Shown here piece after piece: positions 1 to 8,423 of a stretch of 48,285 nucleotides of DNA. Position numbers and translations under genes: made by a program. Below the pieces are notes generated by a model. That model did no database searches, had not been told where the DNA came from, and saw only the letters and a program-made list of their open reading frames with translations. Numbering within the stretch: position 1 is the stretch's first letter; every line of letters begins with the position of its first letter. Source of the DNA: an uncultured Syntrophaceae bacterium (GTDB lineage: Bacteria > Desulfobacterota > Syntrophia > Syntrophales > UBA2210); contig CAYLXS010000002.1 of NCBI GenBank assembly GCA_964387765.1, positions 1 through 48,285 on the forward strand. The letters are read 5' to 3'.

Positions 1-109
1 TCTTGATCCAGAAGGTGCTGAAGGTGAGGTAAAATGTGGCAAACCAGAGTACATTAGCGAGGATAATCGTTACCAGTAACGGCTTCCATGAAGTCTCGGT
101 TTGTTTCAA
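1..109 (-). CDS. partial CDS: about the first 36 codons of a hydrophobic (membrane) protein that continues beyond the window start
   Basis: Hand translation of the minus strand. A TTG at 109..107 overlaps the TGA stop (108..106) of the upstream prenyltransferase gene (TTGA overlap). The frame stays open to position 1 and reads MKQTETSWKPLLVTIILANVLWFATFYLTFSTFWIK, which is TM-like. It is too short for the ORF track, and no family can be assigned. Confidence 0.25.
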   Translation of the reverse strand, partial: MKQTETSWKPLLVTIILANVLWFATFYLTFSTFWIK

Positions 110-993
110 GCCAGCCTCCCGATGATAAGTGAGATGAGGAGCAGGATGCCGAACACCGTGTTCAGTTTTGCCGTCTGCGCATCGGCATCAATGGGAGGAT
201 TTTTTATAATTTGGCGCAACAGCCTGAAGAACAGCGGAACTGAAACGAGTACCATCAGAGACCAGAGGTTCAGGGGTCCCGTAAAGGCCATCAGGATAAC
301 CGACACGTAGGCAAATACTACCAGTATTACATATATCCATATGCCCCTCTGACGGCCGGTTATGATCGGCAGGGTTTTTATGTCTCTTTTTTCGTCATCC
401 GCGGCATCTCGAATATTGTTGGCGAGTAGCACCAGGGCCACCAGCACACCAAAGGGAAGCGAAACCCAGAAGGCATCCATGCTCAGGGTCTGCCGCTGAA
501 CAAAGTATGCTCCCTCGACCATCAACGGCCCCCACATCAGAAAGGTTGATACCTCCCCTAATCCTCTATATTTATACCTGAAGGGAGGCGCCGTGTAAAA
601 CAACCCGGCAAAGGCCCCCGTCATCCCTATTATCAGAATTATCCATCCCCTGGTTACAGCGAGAAAAATACCAATGACCGCCGCGAGAATGAAAAGGCAG
701 ATCGCTTCGATCATCACTTCCATGGGCTTAAGCGTTCCTTCAACCAGTGGATGGGGACGGTACTGCGCAGTTGACACCTCAAGGGTATCGACTCCGCTCA
801 GAACATCATAGTAGTCATTAAAAAGGTTTGCCGCGGCGTGCATGAAAATTATACCGGCAAGGGTGATCAGGTAAAGAAACCATGAAAAGCCGCCATCCAT
901 GGCGCCAATAACGCTCCCCACGCTCACTGAGACAGCGGTCATCGTAAAGGACCACGGTCTGCTCGCCAGAAACCATATCTGGTAGCTATTCAT
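106..993 (-). CDS. UbiA-family aromatic prenyltransferase, MenA-like (1,4-dihydroxy-2-naphthoate polyprenyltransferase type)
   Basis: 295-aa polytopic membrane ORF. It has the first Asp-rich motif NLFNDYYD and the second motif NNIRDAADDEKRDIKTLP, both typical of MenA/UbiA enzymes. Confidence 0.8.
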   Translation of the reverse strand: MNSYQIWFLASRPWSFTMTAVSVSVGSVIGAMDGGFSWFLYLITLAGIIFMHAAANLFNDYYDVLSGVDTLEVSTAQYRPHPLVEGTLKPMEVMIEAICLFILAAVIGIFLAVTRGWIILIIGMTGAFAGLFYTAPPFRYKYRGLGEVSTFLMWGPLMVEGAYFVQRQTLSMDAFWVSLPFGVLVALVLLANNIRDAADDEKRDIKTLPIITGRQRGIWIYVILVVFAYVSVILMAFTGPLNLWSLMVLVSVPLFFRLLRQIIKNPPIDADAQTAKLNTVFGILLLISLIIGRLA

Positions 994-1035
994 CCTGTTT
1001 TTTCTCCTGTATTTTCCGTTAAAATGTATATCCCA

Positions 1036-1102
1036 GCGCTGTCATTTCGAAAGAGTTTTTACGCCTGAGAAATCCTGGATTTTCCCCTGTAGTCGAAATG
1101 AT
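1036..1102. repeat. small palindromic intergenic element (family B), bounded by GTCATTTCGA ... TCGAAATGAT
   Basis: 10-bp terminal inverted repeats at 1041..1050 and 1093..1102. The interior matches the reverse complement of 12206..12262 (shared blocks gtcatttcgaa, gagtttt, ctgagaaat, gattt). Confidence 0.55.
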
Positions 1103-1122
1103 ATTTCTTGATTGAAACGACG

Positions 1123-1506
1123 TTACATGATCCCGGGAGAAAAAACGTCATATACCAGCAGTTCATTGCTCACATCGAATATCCTGTGTTTCGTGTTTCG
1201 TGGAACACGAACGACCACATTTTTTTGAAGTTTCAAATTCCCGATACCATCTATCCATATAGTCGCTTTTCCGACTAATATAAAAAGAATGTCTTCACTT
1301 TCTTCGTGGATATGTTCCGGTACTTCGACCCCGACAGGGATTCTTACCATTATTATGGATGGGCTGTCCTTTCCAAATTGCCCCGTCGTAATTATTTTTT
1401 TTATGAAAACATCTTTGACCGCGGGGTGATTTTCCCACGACAGGTTTTCCACATTAAAAAGGGCCTCCATGACAACCGCCTCTCGGGGTCTTAAAAAGAT
1501 ATCCAT
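1123..1506 (-). CDS. cupin-domain protein
   Basis: 127-aa ORF with a cupin-like His/Glu metal motif (PEHIHEESEDILFILVG ... VRVPRNTKHRI). The internal ATG at 1470 (MEALFNV) has a better-spaced GAGG and may be the true start. Confidence 0.6.
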   Translation of the reverse strand: MDIFLRPREAVVMEALFNVENLSWENHPAVKDVFIKKIITTGQFGKDSPSIIMVRIPVGVEVPEHIHEESEDILFILVGKATIWIDGIGNLKLQKNVVVRVPRNTKHRIFDVSNELLVYDVFSPGIM

Positions 1507-1556
1507 TCCTCAACCGGAAAAGGGGCACGGCACCAACCGCAACCCCTTGATTTTCA

Positions 1557-1631
1557 TGGTAGGCGGTACTGGATTTGAACCAGTGACTTCTACCGTGTGA
1601 AGGTAGCACTCTCCCGCTGAGTTAACCGCCC
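1557..1631 (-). tRNA. tRNA-Val (anticodon CAC), CCA encoded
   Basis: The reverse complement folds by hand as a cloverleaf: GGGCGGT TA ACTC AGCGGGA GAGT G CTACC TTCACAC GGTAG AAGTC ACTGG TTCAAAT CCAGT ACCGCCT A CCA. The D, anticodon and T stems are all Watson-Crick, and the T-loop is TTCAAAT. The anticodon loop is TT-CAC-AC. The first acceptor pair is G1-U72. Confidence 0.9.
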
Positions 1632-1823
1632 AGAATTCACCTCGCTAATATCCCAAAGAAGCTCTTTTTTCAAGATAAAAAAATGTCTGTGCCATTCGTA
1701 CATAATATGACGTTTCGGGATTGCGTGTATATACGATTTCGAGGTATACTTGTTCTACCTCAATAGTGAGGCTTGTTTAAATTTCGTATTCCTGCCATCA
1801 GACAGGGAAAGGAGGGTTCAGTC

Positions 1824-2117
1824 ATGAAAACCAGCATAATATTCACGGGCACAGGGCCCATTCTTATTATGACCTCGTACGAGTCCTTAACCAACTCTGA
1901 TTTTGTAGAAAAGCTGGCGGCAAAGGGGATAAAAAAATTCATTGCTTCTGATCTACCAGTAGAAACGGTAAAGAAAAGGTATGGCAAACACTTCGACATC
2001 GTGATGAACGATCTGTACCAGGAAGATGATCTGAGGGTCCTTGACTATAACGGACACAGCATCTTCCTGAACTTTTCCTTCGCGGAAATGGGCAAACCCG
2101 TTTATTACGAACCTTGA
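1824..2117 (+). CDS. small hypothetical protein (97 aa)
   Basis: The ATG at 1824 is preceded by GGAAAGGAGGG (SD). The ORF-track start at 1773 lacks an SD. I recognise no family. Confidence 0.5.
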   Translation: MKTSIIFTGTGPILIMTSYESLTNSDFVEKLAAKGIKKFIASDLPVETVKKRYGKHFDIVMNDLYQEDDLRVLDYNGHSIFLNFSFAEMGKPVYYEP

Positions 2118-2133
2118 ATTGAACAGCGCTCGC

Positions 2134-2155
2134 TAATCCCGCTTATACGGGATTA
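2134..2155. repeat. REP-like hairpin TAATCCCG-cttata-CGGGATTA between convergent genes; it may also act as a bidirectional terminator
   Basis: Perfect 8-bp stem seen directly. An outer 7-bp complement (aattgaa / ttcaatt) flanks it. It belongs to the ATCCCG-N6-CGGGAT hairpin family found at five or more other intergenic sites in the window. Confidence 0.5.
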
Positions 2156-2187
2156 AGAGAAGATTCAATTGCCCGGCAGAGAATGCC

Positions 2188-2961
2188 TCAAAACTTCCCG
2201 TGACGTCCGGTTCCAGCGGCGAATCGACCTGCACCCGTTTCCGTCTGACCGCTGGAAATGACCCGCAGGCCCATCTGAATTTCAATCTCCATCGCCTTAT
2301 CAAGAGGCATGTTAAATCCGCGATAAACCGCTTCTCTGTCACTGCACATACAGCGCTGAGGAAATTCAGTGATTTCAGAGGCGATCTTTTCCGCCTCTTT
2401 CCTCGCTGTTCCGGTCTTTACTACCCGGCTTGCAAGCCCCATGGAAAGGGCTTCTTCTGCGCCCACAGGTCTCCCCGTCAGGATCATATCGAGGGCCCTG
2501 CCCACTCCTATAAGCCTTGGCAGGCGCTGTGTTCCCCCATCTATCAAGGGAACTCCGAATCGCCGGCAAAATACACCCAGAATCGCGTCTTCCTCTACAA
2601 CCCTCAGATCACACCAGCATGCCAGTTCGAGTCCTCCCGCCACGGCATACCCTGATACAGCGGCTATCACAGGTTTGGACAGCATCATCCTGCTCGGTCC
2701 CATGGGAGCATCTTCTGTCATATTATCACTCAGGTGATTTGCCGTTTCCATATTGTCGGAGATTGCCTTCAGATCCGCTCCTGAGCAGAAATTGCCCCCA
2801 TTCCCGCACAACACCGCCACAGAAAGATCATCATCTCTGTCGAACGAGCGAAAGGCGTCTGCCAGTTTATCGGCTGTGCTTCTGTCCACCGCGTTCCGCA
2901 CATCGGGACGATTGATAATTATCGTGCAGATACTGTCCTGTTTTTCAATCAATACTTCCAT
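2188..2961 (-). CDS. enoyl-CoA hydratase/isomerase (crotonase) family protein
   Basis: Crotonase fold signature: IIINRPDVRNAVD ... VLCGNGGNFCSGADLKA ... AAVSGYAVAGGLELACWCDLRV. The start is taken at ATG 2961 (MEVLIEKQ), preceded by GGGGAGGAAAGC. The ORF-track extension to 3147 has no support. Confidence 0.85.
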   Translation of the reverse strand: MEVLIEKQDSICTIIINRPDVRNAVDRSTADKLADAFRSFDRDDDLSVAVLCGNGGNFCSGADLKAISDNMETANHLSDNMTEDAPMGPSRMMLSKPVIAAVSGYAVAGGLELACWCDLRVVEEDAILGVFCRRFGVPLIDGGTQRLPRLIGVGRALDMILTGRPVGAEEALSMGLASRVVKTGTARKEAEKIASEITEFPQRCMCSDREAVYRGFNMPLDKAMEIEIQMGLRVISSGQTETGAGRFAAGTGRHGKF

Positions 2962-3247
2962 GCTTTCCTCCCCTACAGGCAAACACCCTGTTACCACACA
3001 TCCATTGTTTCCAAGTTGTCTCGGTAGTTGCGCCATTACAGACTGTTTTATCTTTGGTCGCATTTCCGGCAGGAATACTGCCGCTGAAAAGATTTGATCC
3101 AGGGAAACGTTCCCTCCAGACCTATTCCCCTTACAATATTTATTCAATAATTATTTTTCTCAGACTTGCCAGTCCAGTGCCCGTAAAACACACAAGTCCC
3201 TGAGACCAGCAAGTGCTTTTGTGCTCACTCATAGAATACGCTCATTA

Positions 3248-4147
3248 TCAATAGACGCGCCTGCTCCCGTGTCGATAACCCAGGACTTCCAGGGTGTCGT
3301 TGATTACCACAAACGCATGCGGGTCAATCTCGAATATCAGGTCCTTCATGCGTGCAAGCTCCGTCAGGGAGACTATACTGAAAATTATGTGCTTGGATTT
3401 GTGGGTATATGCACCCTCTCCTTCGAGAAAGGTTACCCCCCTGTTGAGGTGTTTTAAGATCTCCTGAGCCAGCAGATCAGGCTGGTCCGAAATGATAAGG
3501 ATCTGCTTGCGCTGGTTGAAACCGGTTATCACCGCATCGATAACCTTCCCCATGGTAAAGATATAAATCAGCGTGTAAAGCGCCATCTCCAGGGAAAATA
3601 TTATTGCTCCTCCCACAAGAATTACGCTGTTGAACAGAGAATAGGTCCACCCAGGGCGGATTTCCCATTTCTTGTTGAGATAGACCGCAAGGATAGCCAG
3701 CCCGCCGCTCGAACCGGCCGAACGCAGGATAATCCCTACGCCAATCCCGCAGATTATTCCTGCCAGGACAGCTGCCAGTATCTGGTTGTCTATGTTAAAC
3801 AGCGAAGTAGAAGGAATCACACTGGCGGCAAAGGAAAAGACGGCAATTCCAAAAGCTGTATAGTACATAAAGCGCCGGCTCACACTGAACCAGCCGAGCA
3901 GAGCAAAGGGTATGTTGGCAAGGAGATAGAGGAAGCCCACGCCGATATGGGGAAGAAGATAGTGAAGAATCAAGGATATCCCCAAGGCACCACCGGACAG
4001 AAATTGTTGTGGAATCAGTATCGTGTTAACTCCAAAGGCCAGAATGAAGCTACCCACTGTGAGCAATCCGAGATTCATCAACAAACTTTTGGTAGGAAGA
4101 AATCTTTTGATAACCTCTGCTTTGTTTTTTTGCGGATTTTCGCCCAT
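3248..4147 (-). CDS. YitT-family membrane protein (C-terminal DUF2179-type domain)
   Basis: 299 aa, with about 5-6 TM segments followed by a soluble C-terminal domain (VTFLEGEGAYT...VVINDTLEVLG). The SD GGGAGA lies upstream of the ATG. The stop of the upstream M16 peptidase gene is 12 nt away, so the two are probably co-transcribed. Confidence 0.65.
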   Translation of the reverse strand: MGENPQKNKAEVIKRFLPTKSLLMNLGLLTVGSFILAFGVNTILIPQQFLSGGALGISLILHYLLPHIGVGFLYLLANIPFALLGWFSVSRRFMYYTAFGIAVFSFAASVIPSTSLFNIDNQILAAVLAGIICGIGVGIILRSAGSSGGLAILAVYLNKKWEIRPGWTYSLFNSVILVGGAIIFSLEMALYTLIYIFTMGKVIDAVITGFNQRKQILIISDQPDLLAQEILKHLNRGVTFLEGEGAYTHKSKHIIFSIVSLTELARMKDLIFEIDPHAFVVINDTLEVLGYRHGSRRVY

Positions 4148-4159
4148 ATTCGTTCTCCC

Positions 4160-7090
4160 TCAAAGCACCTTCAACTTTTCCAGAAACAACTGTCCACCGG
4201 CTGTGGCCTCTCTGATGGCATTCTCCGAGCCAAGAACTTTCACTAATCCGCTCTTTGCCACCCTATCTATTACATCCGCGAACCGTTTGAAATCTTCTGC
4301 AGTTGTAGAAAAGATTTCGTCCCGCGTCCGCTGGATGTCCTCTTCGGTGTTGCCTGTCAGATAACGAATCATTGAGGCATACCCCCTGGCATCGGGAAAC
4401 ATATACGCATCCATATCCCCTATGGCGCCGATAATTCCCTTCGTAAGCTCGTCATTGCTCAGATCACAATTACGCAGAAATCCGGCCGTTTCGTCGAACG
4501 CCTCGATGGTTTTCAGAAGATTCGGGTCACGGTACGACAGAAAGGTCAGCACACCGGAAAATTTATCAAAATTACAGAATGCCCCGTAGGCTCCCCCCCG
4601 TACGCGTACACTGTCCCACAGCCAGGAAGCCCTGAGATAGCGGGTAATAACCCTGATAGAGCCGTGATAGGTGTAACCTGATCGGTAAAGATTCGCTCCC
4701 TTGCCCACATAGTTGATCTGAGAGGGAACGATAAGTCCCTCATGCTCAGGAATATTCATACCAGTCGAAAAATCTCCGGGAATACCAGCCTCTGCACCTG
4801 TTGATCCTGCCGGTATTTTGCCTGTAAAGTCGGTAAGATGGGGCCGTACTTTTTTCCAACCTGCTTCGTCAACGGTAACGTTGAATAACATAGCCTCTCT
4901 GTTTACAAGGACATGCCGCATCTCCTCAAGGGTAGAATAAACTGAAGGCCAGTCTTGATCTATCCTGCCGGCAAGTTCACGGAGAAAAAAGAGATAACTT
5001 ACCCCGCTTAACTGTTCCGCCAGCCGGCCGGCTTCGCTGAAGTGTGCCCTCAGACGCAGGTTAACTGCCTGATGCCCGCCGGGTACCAGTTGCTGCTCCT
5101 GCCGGGCCTTTTCTTCCAGAACCATCTGCCTGAAACGCTCCCTGTTATCCAGCGCGACATCCATAAGAAGATCCCTGATAATATCAAAAAGTTCCCCCAC
5201 CTGCGGAAGTATCGCCTTTCCGCAGAGGAAAAGCCTGGCCTTGGCCTCTTTTGTATCATTAGCCCCTGATATAAACAGGGATGGATGAATCCCCCCTGTC
5301 TTCCGGTCGATTCTACGGGAAATCTCAACATAATCTTCCTTCTTTGTACCCATTTCAAGGAGCGCCCTGCTGAACAGGGGAATATACTGGACATATTTGC
5401 GGAGCAATGGGCGCAAATCTAGGCCGATTTCGATGTACACGATATTGTTTGTCGATATGTCATGGTACAAAACCGTGGCGCCTTTTTCCTCCAGAACGGT
5501 GATCGGTATCGTCCTGTTTTTCTTCTCCAGCTCGCCAAGTTTCAGAGTCGGGATAGTTGCAAGAGCTGCCGGGGAATCCGGCGTTTCCTGGATTTTTTTG
5601 AGCCGTTCGGCGTTTTTAAAGATATTTTCCAATTCCTCCGGACCGGCAGTCTTGCGCACATCATCGAGTTTCTGCCTCTCCGCCGCATCCATCTTGTCCT
5701 TCAGATTCGTATCCGGTTCCATAACAACAGTTGTGCGATGTGGATTATCCAGGAAATATTTCCTTATCATACCTGCAAAGAATGATCGCTCCGAAGCAAT
5801 ATGAGCCTTGACCTCCGACATGAGGGGCTCAAAAGAGAGTAACGTAAGAGGATCAGCATCATACAGCCATGTGGTCATCGCTCTTAACATCAGCACCAGC
5901 CCGCGAGGGTAACTGCCTGTGTTGTTTTCACGCAGGCCGAATTCTATGGTATTAACGGCCGCCTCCACTGCATCGGGCTCAATGCCGTCGGATGCCAATT
6001 CTTCCAGTGTCTTCAATATCAGTGCCTCGACAGCATCCGCCTTCCCGGCGCCAATTCCTTTCAATCCCACAGAGAAAAACAGCTGCCGCAATTCTCCCTC
6101 CATTCCGCCTCCTGTAATATCCTCTCCCAGACCAGATTCAATGAGCGCCTTGCGCAGAGGAGACCCGGGAGTACCGAGAAGGATATATCCCAGGATATGG
6201 AGCGCCATATTTGTGACGGCATCTTTTGTCTCGCTGAACATCCAGTTTACCGTCATCATGGCCCTGGACGAATCATCGCCAGAGGCAAAAGAACGCACAA
6301 TCCGCCTGGGACTGTCAAATCGCGGCTGGATATGTACCACTGAATCTATTTCTATTTTTTTGTAATCTTTCAGATAGACATCTACGAGGCGCAACCTCTC
6401 TTCCGGGTCATCATCGCCGGCAAAGAAAATGCGTGCATTGGAGGGATGATAGTACCTCCTGTGAAAATCTCTGAACTGTTCATAGTTCAGATCGGGGATA
6501 ACCGCGGGATCTCCCCCGGAATTCAGTCCGTATGTCGTATCGGGAAACAGAGACTGTTGTGAATATTCGGCGAGAAGGCTGTCCGGAGATGAGTTAGCAC
6601 CCTTCATCTCATTGAAAACCACACCCTTGTATGTCAGGGGGTCGTCCCGCTTCTCCCTCTCGTAGTGCCATCCTTCCTGCTGAAAGATCTCGGGCGTAAT
6701 GCGCGGGTAAAAGACCGCATCGAGATAAACATCTATAAGGTTGTAGAAATCCTGGATATTCTGACTTGCCACAGGATAACAAGTCTTGTCCGGATAGGTG
6801 AATGCGTTCAGAAAAGTCTGCAGAGATCCCTTTAATATTTCCACAAAGGGTTCCTTCACCGGATACCTGCGGGAACCGCAGAGGACCGAATGTTCCAGAA
6901 TATGGGCTACGCCCGTCGAATCACGGGGTGGTGTCCGAAAAGTGATACCAAACACCTTATTCTCATCATCATTTATCATCGATAAAATCTCGGCGCCCGT
7001 CTGGATATGCCTGTAAAACCTTGCGAGCGTCTTCAGCTCAGAGATATACCTTTCCTGTAAAAGCTCAAATCCATAAGAAACTTCTGTCAT
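4160..7090 (-). CDS. M16-family zinc metallopeptidase (insulinase / PreP-like, M16C)
   Basis: HxxEH zinc motif (HILEHSVLCGS), about 976 aa, typical of PreP-like peptidases. The start is taken at ATG 7090 with SD GGAGG 5 nt upstream. The ORF-track start at 7123 is a TTG without an SD. Confidence 0.85.
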   Translation of the reverse strand: MTEVSYGFELLQERYISELKTLARFYRHIQTGAEILSMINDDENKVFGITFRTPPRDSTGVAHILEHSVLCGSRRYPVKEPFVEILKGSLQTFLNAFTYPDKTCYPVASQNIQDFYNLIDVYLDAVFYPRITPEIFQQEGWHYEREKRDDPLTYKGVVFNEMKGANSSPDSLLAEYSQQSLFPDTTYGLNSGGDPAVIPDLNYEQFRDFHRRYYHPSNARIFFAGDDDPEERLRLVDVYLKDYKKIEIDSVVHIQPRFDSPRRIVRSFASGDDSSRAMMTVNWMFSETKDAVTNMALHILGYILLGTPGSPLRKALIESGLGEDITGGGMEGELRQLFFSVGLKGIGAGKADAVEALILKTLEELASDGIEPDAVEAAVNTIEFGLRENNTGSYPRGLVLMLRAMTTWLYDADPLTLLSFEPLMSEVKAHIASERSFFAGMIRKYFLDNPHRTTVVMEPDTNLKDKMDAAERQKLDDVRKTAGPEELENIFKNAERLKKIQETPDSPAALATIPTLKLGELEKKNRTIPITVLEEKGATVLYHDISTNNIVYIEIGLDLRPLLRKYVQYIPLFSRALLEMGTKKEDYVEISRRIDRKTGGIHPSLFISGANDTKEAKARLFLCGKAILPQVGELFDIIRDLLMDVALDNRERFRQMVLEEKARQEQQLVPGGHQAVNLRLRAHFSEAGRLAEQLSGVSYLFFLRELAGRIDQDWPSVYSTLEEMRHVLVNREAMLFNVTVDEAGWKKVRPHLTDFTGKIPAGSTGAEAGIPGDFSTGMNIPEHEGLIVPSQINYVGKGANLYRSGYTYHGSIRVITRYLRASWLWDSVRVRGGAYGAFCNFDKFSGVLTFLSYRDPNLLKTIEAFDETAGFLRNCDLSNDELTKGIIGAIGDMDAYMFPDARGYASMIRYLTGNTEEDIQRTRDEIFSTTAEDFKRFADVIDRVAKSGLVKVLGSENAIREATAGGQLFLEKLKVL

Positions 7091-7163
7091 TGATTCCTCC
7101 AGTTTTTTATTAGTAAAACTCAAATTTGACAGTCTCGTAAGAAGTCAAAATATGCACAATTTT

Positions 7164-7240
7164 GTCATTCCCGTGAAAACGGGAATCCAGTTTTTTTAAA
7201 TAGTTATACGCTTCTGGATTCCCGCCTACGCGGGAATGAC
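7164..7240. repeat. inverted pair of REP-like hairpins (GTCATTCCCG-tgaaaa-CGGGAATCCAG and CTGGATTCCCG-cctacg-CGGGAATGAC)
   Basis: Two 27-nt units at 7164..7190 and 7214..7240. They are reverse complements of each other in the arms, and each is itself a hairpin. They lie in the 316-bp spacer between meaB and the M16 peptidase gene. Confidence 0.7.
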
Positions 7241-7372
7241 AGACTTTTTACAAAGCCATCAAATTTAGTGGTTTATAAAAAGTTTATGGAAACCGGTCAA
7301 CTTCTGATTATCATAGAGTAAAAACAATTTGAAGAAACGCAGTAGAGAGGGTTATCCTTTTCAGCAATATCA

Positions 7373-7394
7373 AAGGGGGCAAATAAGCCCCTTT
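7373..7394 (-). terminator. candidate intrinsic terminator after meaB
   Basis: The hairpin AAGGGGGC-aaataa-GCCCCTTT has 8 bp including one G-U. On the minus strand the 3' arm runs into a UUU-GAUAUU tract. It lies 46 nt downstream of the meaB stop. Confidence 0.4.
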
Positions 7395-7439
7395 CCCATG
7401 TTCTCTCTGTGCGGGAAAATCCGACTTCTTGGGAAATCG

Positions 7440-8423
7440 TCACTTATCGTTCAGGAAAAAAAGCAGCTTGTCTGCAGCGGCGGTCGGCGTTGTTGTTCCC
7501 TCTTCCACTTCTTTCTCCATTCCCGGCATTATCTTTTTGACATAGGGATTTTTATAAAACCACTCGACAAGACCTTCTTTTACCAGAAACCACATCCAGT
7601 CAAGCGTCTGCTTTTCCCGATTCATCTCCAGCTCTCCGGTAGATGACTTTTTTCCTCTGTGTTCCAGGACCGTATCCCATATTTCATGTATGCCCGTTAA
7701 ATTCAAGGCGCTGCAGGTAAGGACAGGTGGAAACCAGTTGTGGGAAGAAGGGGCTGAAAAATGAAGGGCTGCCTCGCACTGCTTTTTTGCAAAATTTGCC
7801 CTTTGAATATTATCGCCGTCCGCCTTATTAACGGCAATGGCATCAACGAGTTCCAAGACGCCTTTTTTCATTCCCTGAAGCTCATCTCCTGCCCCGGATA
7901 TCATTAACATCAGGAAGAAATCAACCATGGAGGCCACCGCAACCTCGGATTGACCGGAGCCTAACGTTTCGACAATCACTACATCAAAGCCGGAGGCCTC
8001 ACAGACAAGTATTGTTTCTCTGGTCTTGCTTGCAACGCCCCCGAGGGTACCTCCCGAGGGAGAAGGCCGGATAAAGGCATTTTCCTCAGCAGAGAGTTTT
8101 TCCATGCGGGTCTTGTCGGCCAGAATACTTCCTCCACTCCTTATGCTGCTCGGATCAACAGCAAGAACAGCCACGCTATATCCTTTTTTTATCAACAGCA
8201 TACCGAGTGCCTCTATGAAGGTGCTTTTCCCCGCACCCGGCACCCCCGTTATCCCGAGTCGTATCGCCTGCCCTGCGTGAGGGAGCAGTTGATCGATAAC
8301 AAGCCGCGCCATTTTTTTGTGAGCAGGGAGCGTGCTTTCAATCAGTGTAATGGTCTTGGAAATCATACGCCTGTCATGTTTCAGCACACCCTCTATATAA
8401 GGCTGAATATCGTTTGATATCAT
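7440..8423 (-). CDS. meaB: methylmalonyl-CoA mutase-associated GTPase MeaB/ArgK
   Basis: P-loop GVPGAGKST and the NKAD G4 motif. Its ATG overlaps the stop of the mutase gene (ATGA at 8420..8423). Confidence 0.9.
   Translation of the reverse strand: MISNDIQPYIEGVLKHDRRMISKTITLIESTLPAHKKMARLVIDQLLPHAGQAIRLGITGVPGAGKSTFIEALGMLLIKKGYSVAVLAVDPSSIRSGGSILADKTRMEKLSAEENAFIRPSPSGGTLGGVASKTRETILVCEASGFDVVIVETLGSGQSEVAVASMVDFFLMLMISGAGDELQGMKKGVLELVDAIAVNKADGDNIQRANFAKKQCEAALHFSAPSSHNWFPPVLTCSALNLTGIHEIWDTVLEHRGKKSSTGELEMNREKQTLDWMWFLVKEGLVEWFYKNPYVKKIMPGMEKEVEEGTTTPTAAADKLLFFLNDK

Noticed and set aside
2962-3147. 62-codon N-terminal extension of the crotonase ORF in the track
   Set aside because: The internal ATG at 2961 has a strong GGGGAGGAAAGC SD and gives a canonical crotonase of about 257 aa. 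The extension has no homology-like features. Similar upstream extensions were trimmed for the same reason at 7091..7123, 12113..12199, 12677..12778, 24650..24709 and 16458..16550.
7329-7646. 105-aa plus-strand ORF in and beyond the meaB 3' region
   Set aside because: It overlaps the meaB coding sequence on the opposite strand and runs through the terminator hairpin and repeat-rich spacer. It has no start context.
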